Assembly: GCA_003344405.1 (NCBI GenBank)
Contig: NOWV01000022.1
Span: 434,001-498,000, forward strand
From: Trichoplax sp. H2
Taxonomy: Eukaryota
DNA: 64,000 nt
Direction of reading: 5' to 3'
Part shown: positions 1-12,486 of the stretch, piece by piece
Position numbering within the stretch: position 1 is the first letter of the stretch
Layout: the number at the start of each line of letters is the position of its first letter
Program-made: the position numbers and the translations under genes
The notes under the pieces: generated by a model
What the model was told of the DNA's origin: nothing
The model's input: the letters and a program-made list of their open reading frames with translations, nothing else
The model's database searches: none

Positions 1-1319
1 GTTAGAAAATACTTGCAATTAAAGTAAGTATAACAAAGAAATTAATTATAACCTGCATACATACATTTCTAAATGCGATCGGTCCTAATAAGAAATTTTA
101 AGAGAATTGAATAATGTTATCGATTGGTATTTAATAACCATTTAAAGAAATTACTTATCAGTCATATCTAACATATACAAAAAATAGACTTTTACTTGAA
201 AATTATTAGTCATTTAAGTACATACTACTAACCTCGCCAATTTAGGTACACTGCACTGCAGCGCCAATTTCATAAGGCATACCTGTACTTTACTTGCACA
301 TACGAATATAACCTTTATACAATATCTTTTATCATACGTTTGTTTATCATGACATTCGATAAGCTGTATTATTCGTAATTCGTGGTATAGGCAAATGCCC
401 GAGCATTTATCATCAATGGTCTTTTGTGGCATAGAAAGTAAATAAAAAGAATGGATCTTGATATCTAGCGAAACTAAATTACGTATAATTAGTCCGATAA
501 GACAGACAGGACTTTACTAATTTGATGTTACAAATAGGCTACCCTGCCAATGTGAAGCACATTCATTTTCCAAATTGTTAATTTTATATGCATTCTAAGT
601 ATGCTCATTTTGACGCATCCAGACGCGAAAAGTGTTAACCTAATTAATCATCTTTTGTTAGTTTAGGTTGCACCTTTTAAGGCCAGAACTACAGTAGAAC
701 TGTAACCCTTATAGCTGCAGTAGCAAGTTGTAATTCTAGCCAGCACAATTCTACTTTACATTAATTTTCTGATGTAGTTTCATAAAAAAAAACGCATTTA
801 CGAGTGCTGGAGGTACTGGGGAGACGAACTGGCAAACACATTACTAAACCGCTAGAAGACCTGTTAGTAGACTAGGGTACAGTATAGGCGTAAAACACTA
901 GTACCCGTACGTACTAGGAATAGACTGACACCGGTTCATTCGATCATATCGATTGCCGACATTGTCACGCCCACCTATCAGGTGCTCCCGTAAGCGATTA
1001 CAGTACGTTAATTAAATTAATTAATAAACACCGTTATTAGCAAATCAAAACTGATTTGATGTTGATCAGAAATGCTGTTTTCCCTCTAAATAAATAGCTT
1101 GGCTGTACGTCTTAGCTACTTAAGGCGATGCTCTTATTAGCAAGGGAGTCTTTCATCTACTCAGCAAAATATTGATTGCAAATAGAGCAAAATTCAACGC
1201 GTCTACCGATCGAACTTTGAATTGAACCAGATTTCTAGTTTCTAAAATTGTTGCCTTAATTGCAAATATTAACCATCTTTCTAGAACTCTATCTTGATTC
1301 AAATTATTGTACAACGTTA

Positions 1320-2000
1320 AAATTAATCTACTCGCAAGTCAGGAAAACTGCGATCAGTAGCTACTATCAGTTGCCGTACATACTGCAGTGCTCCAGCATC
1401 AAACGCGAGCCCAATCGGATCGCAAGTTTAGAAAAGTTGATGGGCAGCTTTCATCATCATCAGTTTGAATCTGCAGCTTCTATCAGCTATTATAGCATCA
1501 GGTTCTATCTACTTTTTAAAATTTTTACCTCGTTCACTCTCTTTCTATAACTCTACCTCGATCCAAATTATTGTACGTAGTACGTTGTATCATACAACGT
1601 TAAGCTTAATCCACTCGCAAGTCAGGGAAACTGATCAACACCTTCATGTGAACTCCAATCAACAGCTACTATTAATTTAACCGTACATATTGTAGCATAA
1701 TTTACTGCAACACTGCAGCATTAAACTCAAGCTCAACCTGATTACAGGTTTAGAAAATTGATTAGCAGCTTCTATCTGCTATTACAGCATTAGGTTACAG
1801 CTATTCACAAGTCCAGAAAATTAATCAACACCTTTCGTCATCAATTCGGATCAACAGCTTCTATCAGCTATTACAATATCAGGTTCTATCTATTCGTCGA
1901 GAGTCTAGAAAATAAGTCAGTACCTTTTTCATCACTGATTTCCATTGATAACTTCTACCAGTAATCACTATTGTTTTTATTGTAATTATCTACTCAATAC
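1320..2000. repeat. Degenerate tandem repeats (~90-200 bp spacing) upstream of OATP-A
   Basis: Recurring core AATCTACTCGCAAGTC(A/T)GGAAAA(C/T)TGATCAACACC-like motif near 1325, 1412, 1608, 1734, 1800 and 1888; CTTCTATCAGCTATTA recurs at ~1477 and ~1858. Confidence 0.6.
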
Positions 2001-2096
2001 ACCTGCAGGACTAGAGATTTACCTCTAGGTACGCGCATATTTTGATATAGACTATCGTACTTAACCTTATAACAAAAATTAATCAAATCATTCGAC

Positions 2097-4931
2097 ATGG
2101 ACAGCAAGGAAAATCAAGGGAATACAGAAAAGAATGACAATATTAGTGACATGAAGTCGGAAGACAATTTAGCTAAGTCACGTTATGGATGCTTATGGTT
2201 CCAACCAAATTGGTTGCAATTCTTCAATAGTCCAATCTGGTTAACCTTCATTATTGGCTTATATCAATTTTTATATCAGGCAGTATCTGGTTTTAAAGGT
2301 AGTACCATCTCAACATTAGAGAAAGGATTTAATTTATCAGCAACCGATATTAGCGTTATCACAATCTTTTTCAATGTTCCCAATGCGATTTGTGGGCTAA
2401 TCTTTTCCTTCTTAGCTATTCATGGTCATAAAGGAAAATGGATGACTGCAAGTTTACTCATTGTCGGTATTGGTTTATTAACCTATGCTATGCCACATTG
2501 GATTATTGGTAGTTATCAAATTTTAAATCATTTAGTCTTTGGTAACAACGACGGTAATTGTCATCCTACCGGTACATCCAACAGCACACTTAATAGCACG
2601 TCCATACTTAGCTGTAATAATCACACTAAAGCTTCGAATGGATTATACTATTTTACTTTCGCACTTTCTCAATTTATAACTGGTGTTGGTGTTTGTACCT
2701 TACGTACAATCGGTTGGTCGTATATTGACGATAGTGTAAGCCCAACATCATCGCCATTATACATGGGATTTGTTTTAAGCATGCTTGGCTTAGGACCAGC
2801 TATTGGCTTTGTCCTTGGTGGTCTTGCTGCCAACACATTTGTTTACTGGCCACGACAACCTCCCGGTTAGTATTTTCAGAGTATGAAAATTATAAAAGTT
2901 CATAATGTTATTTCTATCTAATAGAAATCCTGTTATTAATTTATCTTGCTGTTATCTAAATGACAGAATTGCGGTTTCCTATCTAACTGTCAACGATATT
3001 TGTATATTAAATGTTTTAGCTGGACTGAACCCTGACAGTCCACAATGGTTAGGTGCTTGGTGGCTAGGCTATGTGGCTTCCGGTAGTTTACTGCTTACCT
3101 TAATTATTCCTATGATAGCGTTCCCTCGCCGCCTACCCAATTATGAAATTTATAAAGCTGAACGAGAAAAACTAGCAGTGGGTAAATCTAAAGTCGACCG
3201 CGAATATGGACGATCATTCAAAGAATTTTTACCAGCCACCAAAGAAATACTCACTAATATCCCGTTTATGGCAACAGTAGCAAGTGTGGTTATCAAAAGC
3301 ATTATGCTGTCTGGATTAGCGACTTTTTTGCCCAAATATATTGAATCACAGTTTGGTTTAAGGGCTGCGGATAGTAGTATATACGTTGGCATTATTATTA
3401 TATTTGGATTATTCGGTGGTATGGCCGTGGTAAGTATAGTAGCGTACATATTGAACTATTTCGCATATTGCACAGTATTATTAATAGTGCTTTGAAACCT
3501 AGACTGTTTACAAAAATTAGCTAACGTAATTCTATACACCGCATAATAAGAGCATACAGTCAGTAGATATTAATACTAACTAAACGTTCTACTCTTAAAA
3601 TGAAAACTTTTCAAATTTCTTCCAAAAGGGTGGCGGTGTAATGAAAGCTAAAAAGATGGGCGCAGTTTCTATTGCTAAATTTACATTCATCATTTCTGTC
3701 CTTGGGACCATTTCTGCTGCGCTCTTTTTCATGTTTAAATGTGACAATGCTAAAATTCCTGGGATTCACCGGTCATACACAAACACAAGGTTAATACCAT
3801 TTACTATTTCATCATTAGTCGTTGTCAACCATCCTGTAAATTAATTCAGCTATAAAATCTTTTATACACTTAATAGTAGCCGCATAATTAGCAGCTCAAA
3901 TTTGATATCCGCCTGTAATCGAGACTGTCAGTGCGGAATAAATACTTTCTACCCCATATGTGATTTGGAGAGCAAAATTACATACTTCTCACCTTGCCTC
4001 GCCGGTTGCCAATCGAGTCAGCGCAATGATACATATAAGGAGGTTCGAAATATTCTTTGTTATGATAATGTAATTAATTTTCATTAGATCTATGTATTGG
4101 TTAAGTTGAAAATTTTCAGAGCGACTGCTTGCTGACATACTTTAAACAGAAAATTTGAAACATAGTTACTACACAACGAACTGTATAACATATAATGTAA
4201 CAGGGCCTTGTTATTAACTTAATATTTTTATTTTAGGTGTACTATAATTGCAGTTGTATTCAGGGCTCAAGGCAATCCAATAGAACGTTTGATGCAATTA
4301 AGAATTATTGCCCCCGAAATTGTATTATTTTCATACCATTCTTAGTTGTAGTGGGTATATTGGTTTTCTTAACCTATATCAACTTAATGCTTGATACTCA
4401 ATTACTTTTGAGGTAACGTTTAAGTTCAATCAAAATTCGATTCATATCGATCATACAGTAACGATATATCAATATATCAATAATTTGTACTGTACTTGTT
4501 TTACGACATAATACTTTATCTCTTCTAATTAATTATGTTTCCAAATCATTCATAGATGCGTACCAGATAGCCAAAAATCGTTTGCTCTCTCGATAGAATG
4601 GGTTTTCATCCAGCTTATTGGCACAACTCTGGGCCCGTTGTTAATTGGTTATTCTATTGATGCTTCTTGTATACTTTGGAATGAACAATGTGGTGAAAAG
4701 AAATTTTGTTGGTTATATAATAACGCAAATATGACAAACTGGATCAGTGGATTAGCTTCTTTATTGAGAGGTATTGCAACTATCTTCTCCTTCATCGCGT
4801 GGTATAACCTTAGGAAAGATGTTATGAAAGAAAAGATACCCATGGATGTATCTAACGGAAATGTTCCATTAAAAAATCTTATTGATAGCGAAACTACCAA
4901 GTCCCACAAACCATCTGCATCAATCATTTAG
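2097..4931 (+). CDS. Organic anion transporting polypeptide (SLCO/OATP family), paralog A, 6 exons, ~685 aa
   Basis: Exons 2097-2865, 3020-3429, 3629-3789, 3877(or 3880)-4042, 4237-4412, 4556-4931, all GT-AG and in frame. OATP signature DSPQWLGAWWLGY, Kazal-like loop CNRDCQC...PIC...TYFSPCLAGC, and C-terminal IDASCILWNEQC...CWLYNN. Confidence 0.93.
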
Positions 4932-7129
4932 CATGAAGAAAATACAACTATCATAGCGGTAGTCTATTAAATAGGTTTTACCTAGTTTCTCTAAAGATTA
5001 CTTCAACATATTACTTCCTATATTAGCAGCTTTTAGGTAATAATTAAGTTAGCTTTTCATTTAAATCAATTTTCAGTTAATTACTGCCATTAAAGTGATT
5101 GATTAAAATTATAATGAATTCAATTTTCTATGTGTTTTTAAATGCACTTTCCCTTTACTACTCTAGTCTTACGTTCTCTCCTAGATCAAAATTACCGATT
5201 TTAAAGCAATAATGTCATTTCTATGCGTATAACTATTCCAATTTCGTTAACGCAGTTATAAAGTAACATTCTATACGTTTATTTGTTGAATATTCTTCTT
5301 AATGAACTCTTTTTCTTTCGTCCCATAATTACGACGAGAAGGCAAGGCACTATACTATTATCTATTCAAAGCGTATGATAATTTTTATTTTTATTTTTAC
5401 TTTATCAGTTACCTTCAGATATTTTTCTCAATGAGTTAAAGATTAATTAGCAATATATGATATATTGTTGATCCACGAAGCAGCGTATTATGCAAGCAGA
5501 AGTATATTAGTATTAGAAGCATATTAATGTACGTATGTAAAGCAATTTTGATTTGTCTAAAACTGTCGTATGACGTCTGCTTAAGGTTACTGTATCATTA
5601 TGAACTCAGAAAATTCGATAAAAGTTATTGAGTTAGTGTATTCTTGTTCAGACTTTAGAAATGTCTATAATTCTCTATTCTACTGGCATACTATGCAATT
5701 TAATGCCTTTCTTTTCAGTTTCTTATCTTGAAATGATTTATTAATCATGAACTTTATACGAGTACAGTAGGTATAGAATGAAAGGCGGTTTTCCTTGCGC
5801 TTTTAAATTATACTATACTCATATCTTATAGAAATATCCAATAAATTCGATATGCTATTTCTAAACATAAAGGAGCGATATCAATTTTGCTATCATTCTG
5901 GACGGCATGAATGTAGAATACCGTTGCTGATATGTTCTAATGCTTCAAAATTGAATGGATTACGGTTAATGATAAGTAGATCGAATTATAACCGAAGCTT
6001 TGGATAAATGCTGGCACAGTCATAACGGTAATTTGATAGCATTACAAATATAAGGAAATATTTATAATTAGAGTCACAAAAGAGCAATTGCGATACATAC
6101 TGTAGATTGCGAGCACGGCCTCAAGGGGGGAAAATTTGAAGCTTATTTATTTATTCCGTCGTTGGATAATTTCAAATAATATTGAATAAGCAATTTCACA
6201 AGTATAGAGAGCATAATAGCCGCATGAAAATGGCTTACGTTCATCATCTACGAGTACATGTCTATCTATTTTACCGTACATATAGTATATAAAAAGATGC
6301 AGGTTGCAAAATGATATGAAGGAGTTGGGAAAACATTGATTTAGCTAACTCAAATTGTTTTGCTAGATCAATTTTATTCGTTTATGCTGCATCTATTGAG
6401 GTCAGGAGTAGAGCTACAACTGTCATGGCAACACTCGCGCAAATGTATGGAAACAGATCCCTTGATTGCGATATTGTGCTCCAGGTAGTTTGTTGAATTG
6501 ACGTAAGGCATGTAAATTAGATATCTTTCTTGAAATTACTACAGTATATCCGGTGCTAGAATACAATTTGAGTGGCAAAATCTAATTTCTATCGGCTTAT
6601 GAGCCACGCCAAAAAAAGGATATTAAAGATGTCGTCGTTGGTCTCATATCCAACGCAATAATCTTCAACCATTGCTATGGCATCGATACTGACGTTTGCG
6701 TACTCTAATGACGTTGAGTAGAAGAAATTTTGTGGACGAAGTCTTCATACACAAAATGAACTCGTCTCTAACCCTAAACCATTATTATAGCATCAATACT
6801 CATATTTGCGTACCATTATGGCATTGAGTATGAGAAATTTGATTATTGTGCGATCACTAGGAAACATCGATTAAACAAATAAAAATTCACTTAATATTGA
6901 CCCAATTTGCTACTTTTTCCTTGACTTTATATCAACCTACGATTGAGGATTAATCTTAGGCCGATACCTTGGTTCTACATCTTGGGAAGGTTGTATTGAG
7001 GTAGGCTAACTTATGATCTTACTGGGTATGATAGCCATTGGAAGATGATACTGTTGTTTTGAATCTTCTACTCGTTCAATAGAATCTTGCTATAAAAGAA
7101 CATGGCTGCGGTGGACACTGTATAGTAAT

Positions 7130-7470
7130 AGAATATCAACCTCAATCTACTCGTAAATCTGGAAAATTGATCGAAACCCTTCATCTATTATCGTTCATTC
7201 CAATTGGAAAACTTCCATCACAGTATTGAATTACGTAGTGGACTACCCACACCTACCTCAACCTACTCGCAAGTTTGGAGAATTAATCAATCATCACCTT
7301 TCTTCAACGTCCATTTCACTCAATAGCTTCTCAGTTTTTCTGCCGCATATTCAACTGTAATACTGACATTATATTGTACATCAATAAGCTCAATCCATTT
7401 GCAAGACGGAAAATTAATCAACACCTTTTCTTCGTCATCAAATTTCAATTAATAGTTTCTATTGGTCTTG
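7130..7470. repeat. Degenerate tandem repeats upstream of OATP-B, same family as those upstream of OATP-A
   Basis: CTCAATCTACTCGTAAATCTGGAAAATTGATC (~7141), CTCAACCTACTCGCAAGTTTGGAGAATTAATC (~7257), CTCAATCCATTTGCAAGACGGAAAATTAATCAACACC (~7389). Confidence 0.6.
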
Positions 7471-7528
7471 ATTCAATTTTGAATGATCCAATTACTATAC
7501 TAACAACAAGTTGATCCAATCATTCAAT

Positions 7529-10500
7529 ATGGAGAACCAAGAGAATCCAGGAATTATAGCAAAGAATGATAATACGAGTAACACGAAATTGAAAGACACG
7601 GTGGCTATATCAACAACCCAGACTAGATCACGCTACGGTTGTTTATGCTTCCAACCAAATTGGTTGCAATTCTTCAATAGTCCAATCTGGTTAACCTTCA
7701 TTATTGGCTTATATCAATTTGTATATCAAGCCGTGTCTGGCTTTAAAGGTAGTACCATCTCAACATTAGAGAAAGGATTTAATTTATCAGCAACCGATAT
7801 TGGTGTTATCACAATCTTTTTCAATGTTCCCAATGCGATTTGTGGGCTCATTTTTTCCTTCTTAGCTATTCACGGTCATAAAGGAAAATGGATGACTGCA
7901 AGTTTACTCATTGTCGGTATTGGTTTATTAATCTATGGTATGCCACATTGGATTATTGGTAGTTATCAAATTTTAAATCATTTAGTCTTTGGTAACAACG
8001 ACGGTAATTGCTATCCTACGATCACCAACCATACGCTTAATAGCACGGCCATCATTAGCTGTAATCACGCCAATTCCTCCAATGGATTATATTATTTTAT
8101 TTTTTCACTTGCTCAATTTATAATCGGCCTTGGTGTTTGTACCTTACGTACAATCGGTTGGTCGTATATTGACGATAGTGTAAGCCCAACATCATCGCCA
8201 TTATACATTGGATTTGTTTTAGCCATGTTCGGTTTAGGACCAGCTGCTGGCTATGTCGTTGGTGGCCTTATTGTCAACACATTTGTTTACTGGCCACGAC
8301 AACCCCCTGGTTAGTATTTTTGAGCGTTAATTTACTTTTCTCCGACATCACTGCATCCGTAATCAGATTAGATTATTGAATTACTAGATAATAATATAGG
8401 GGCAATTTATTCAATTTCTCCTTCTTTCATACTTATAATCGTCAAACTATGTACAGTAGATACGGGCAGAATACAATATCGTGATTGTGAATAAAGGTTA
8501 ACCTACCTACCTTTTCAGTATTAAAACTATAAAAGCTTAAAATTCTACTCTCTTCCTGTAGATATAATGTTCTCAATTTGTCTTACTGTTGTCTAAGGGT
8601 AGAATTATGCTTTCCTAGCTAACTGAAACAATATATTAAATTCTTTAGCCGGATTGAATACTGACAGTCCACAATGGTTAGGCGCTTGGTGGCTAGGTTA
8701 TGTGGCTTCAGGTATTTTACTACTTATCTTAATTATTCCTATGATAGCATTCCCTCGCTACCTACCCAATTATCAAACTTATAAAGCTGAACGAGAAAAA
8801 CAAGCCGTAGGTAAATCTAAAGTCGACCGAGAATATGGACGATCATTCAAAGAATTTTGGCCAGCTACCAAGGAGTTACTTACTAATATACCATTTATGG
8901 CAACAGTAGGAAGTGTGGTTGTCCAGAGCATTATGCTGTCAGGATTATCGACCTTTATGCCCAAATATATTGAATCACAGTTTGGTTTAAGGGCTGCGGA
9001 TAGCAGTGTATATGTTGGTATCATTCTTATAATTGGATTATTTGGTGGTATGGTTATTGTAAGTACTGTAAATATTCGTAATGTAATTATATTATTGTAT
9101 GTAACACTTTAAAACTAGGACTGTTTATGAAATTGACCAACATAGTACCATACACTGTATAGTACGTACTGCAGAAATTGATTATAAATATACCCTCTCC
9201 ACTTAAAACCAAAACTTTTCAAATTTCTTCCAAAAGGGTGGCGGTATCATGAATGCAAAAAAAATGGACGCACTTTCCATTGCTAAATTTACACTCATTG
9301 CCTCTATCCTTGGCGCTATTGCTGCAGCATTCTTCTTCATACCTAGATGTGACAATCCAAAAATAGCTGGAGTCTATCTATCATACGCAAATGCAAGGTT
9401 ACATGTCATTTACTTTTTCATTAAAACTATCTAAAATCTCTTTCGCTTAACTTCACTTAACGTAGCTTTCAATTTTCTAATATTACATGTGATAGCAGTG
9501 ATATAACTGGTAGGCCAAATTTGGTATCCACCTGCAATCGAAATTGTCATTGTGAAATAAACACTTTCAATCCAATATGCGACATGAAGAACAAAATTAC
9601 GTACTTTTCACCTTGCCATGCTGGTTGCCAATCAAAACAACCTAGTGAAATGTATAAAGAGGTTCGAAATATCGCTGTTTATCTTACTAAAATCAACTTC
9701 ATTATTAGACCTTTGTGTTTTAATTAAGCTATAAAACTGTTTAAAGTATTATAAACAGATGCACAAAATTTATAACTGAAATTACAAATACGGGCATTCT
9801 ATGATGAATCGTATAAATGTGACAAGCTCTATTATTATTTTTAGGTGTACTATAACTGCAGTTGTATTCAAGGCTCAAGACAATTAAACGCAACGTTTGA
9901 TGCTGTTAAGAACTACTGTCCTCGAAATTGTACTGTTTTTGTACCTTTCTTAGTTCTGTTGGGTATTTTAGTTTTTTTATCATATCTAAACTTAGTACCT
10001 GCAACGCAATTAATTATAAGGTAATATTTAAATTACATCAAAGAAAGGACTAATATACCTTATTTAGTTCGTACTTCTGTACATGTATAGACTACGCTCG
10101 CGGGCTTATTCTATTATAGGTATTGACATATTATCTGCTTTAATTAATCATGTTAACGTATTATTCACAGATGTGTTCCGGACAGCCAAAAATCTTTTGC
10201 TCTCTCTGTAGAATTTTTTTTCGTTCAACTTATTGGTACAATTCCAGGCCCATTACTTATTGGTTATTTCATTGATACATCTTGCGTACTTTGGAATGAA
10301 CAATGCGGTGAAAGAAAATTTTGTTGGTTATACGATAACGCAACCATGACATATTGGATCGGTGGCTTAGCTTGTCTGTTGAAAGGTGCTGCTACCTTCT
10401 TCTCCTATGTCGCGTGGTACTACCTTAGAAAAGATGTTATGAATGATAAGACACCAATGAATATAGGTAACGGAAATATTTCATCACGTAATTTCGAGGG

Positions 10501-10585
10501 TAATGAAACTACAAGGCTCCGTAAACTATCCGCATCTGTCATTGAGTGTGAAGAAAATGCAACCACGGCAGTAGTGGCCTCCTAA
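7529..10585 (+). CDS. SLCO/OATP family transporter, paralog B (tandem duplicate of A), 6 exons, ~702 aa
   Basis: Exons 7529-8309, 8649-9058, 9237-9397, 9496(or 9499)-9661, 9845-10020, 10171-10585. Internal exon lengths and phases match paralog A; DSPQWLGAWWLGY and TYFSPCHAGC motifs present. Confidence 0.93.
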
Positions 10586-12486
10586 TACAGATTTTACCAC
10601 GACTCTATGGATCCTTCAACATATTATTTCCAATATTAATAATTTTTAAAGTAACAATGTATTTCTTTTACCTAATTTATGTCTAATAGCAGTATCCTAA
10701 CTATAATTAATTGAAAATTATAATTGACTAGATTTCCTAACTATACTTTTTGGGTGTAATTACTATTCTCTGCTTTAAACTTTATTTTCTCTTTTAGATC
10801 AAATTTATCAATATTAAAGCAATAATATTATTTGCTGTATAACTATTCCGATTTCGCTAAAACAGTATTATGATCAATATTCATTTACTCATTCACTATT
10901 CTTCATATCGAAATTTTCTCATACTTTACATAAGTATTATGCAACGAATGTAAGACACTATTATCTGTTCATAGTATATAATAATTATCGTGACAGGCAT
11001 TTATTTTATTTATACTTATATAGTAATTTAAATATCATCATTTCAGAGACTTTCAAGCACTTTTGTAAAATGAGTTAATTTTATTGATCTAATTTAAGTC
11101 TGTAAATTTCTGTACTCTGAAATATTAGCGCTACCAGTAAGGTATCATTGCTGATCCATTGAAGCAATATATATGCAAACGGATATACATACTCGAAGCT
11201 ACATTGAGCTGTATAAAATCATCGGACAATGCATGTTGTCTATAATTAGACTAAAGTTGCTATACCTTTGTAACTTCAGAAATATGATCGACTACATAGT
11301 CAAAGTATTCTTGTTCAGTCAATGTGGAATGCTTATACTTTCATGGTTTACGCTATGTAATTTAGCTTTTTAAACTTTATGCGATCTAAATCATATTTCA
11401 TAGAAATATTCAATAGATTCAATGCCATATTTTTAAAGTTTAAGCGGATTGCTTTTAGTTCTTGGAGTTTCATGAATGCATTCATAATGCTATTAGTCTT
11501 TAGTCCTTTAAGATTTTATTAATTACTTAAATCAGGATACAGGTGAGGCTTTAAATAGTACTTCTTGGTTAATAGTGCTAACTTGGATGTAATAAAGCTA
11601 ATTCTTAGGGTCCACAATAAATTACTATCTGAATTTATAAAAGCAAATTAAGCTTTATTACAATAAAATCAAATGGTGACTGTATCTACAGCAAAATACC
11701 GGCTAGAAAAACTTCCGATCTTTTCAATGCATATACTTATAAGTTCTAGTGCATTACCTGTTAAGTATCGGTAGTAGCATTGCTGTATCATCACGCTTAA
11801 TACATACATTCACGCTTTCATGCGCCTATTACGTAATTAGAATACCATATCTTTCCGAGATACGAGCAACTAATCATATCAAACTACACAAGCATTGCAT
11901 CTTACTGTAGTATGTACTGGTAATTTCGATGCTAATTAGGAAATTTTTTCAATGCTAAACTCAGGGCACTATACTTGATATCGTTATGGAAGTGAGAAAA
12001 CATTTGAGGCTAGGGTAATTATGAAAATGAAATTAAAATATATGCATCTATTTTCGTATTCTAACAGTGACAACCTAAGAAATAATTTTAAGTTTATTAA
12101 ATATTCCCGACAAATAAAAACTATCGACAAGAAATTTCCAATTATCCATATCTACTGTATGTAAATAATGGATATTTTCATTCCGAAATTGTTAGTCGTT
12201 TAACATACCACTGAATATTTACCTATAGATTTATGATCTATTATAATATATCTTATATACTACGTTTACTTATCGTAGAATATGGTAAACTGCTTTATCC
12301 ATTACTGATAGTTTAGCTTTTAGCTTTTGATCAGAAATATGAGATAGATAAACGCCTTTCGATACCTACTATCAATAGTCTTATATATAAGAAATAAAGA
12401 CAGTTGATCATGCTATCTATTGAGACTGAAGTCTTAACAATCTAATATATAAATAGGATACGACCTCACTAGCTCGATCATAAACC

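Noticed and set aside
3150..9024. Antisense ORFs at 3150-3449, 4649-4927 and 8779-9024
   Set aside because: Shadow frames of OATP exons; their similarity to each other follows from the duplication.
4043..9668. GGTTCGAAAT at ~4042 and ~9661 resembling a tRNA T-loop
   Set aside because: These are the weak exon-4 splice donors (GTTCGA); no cloverleaf.
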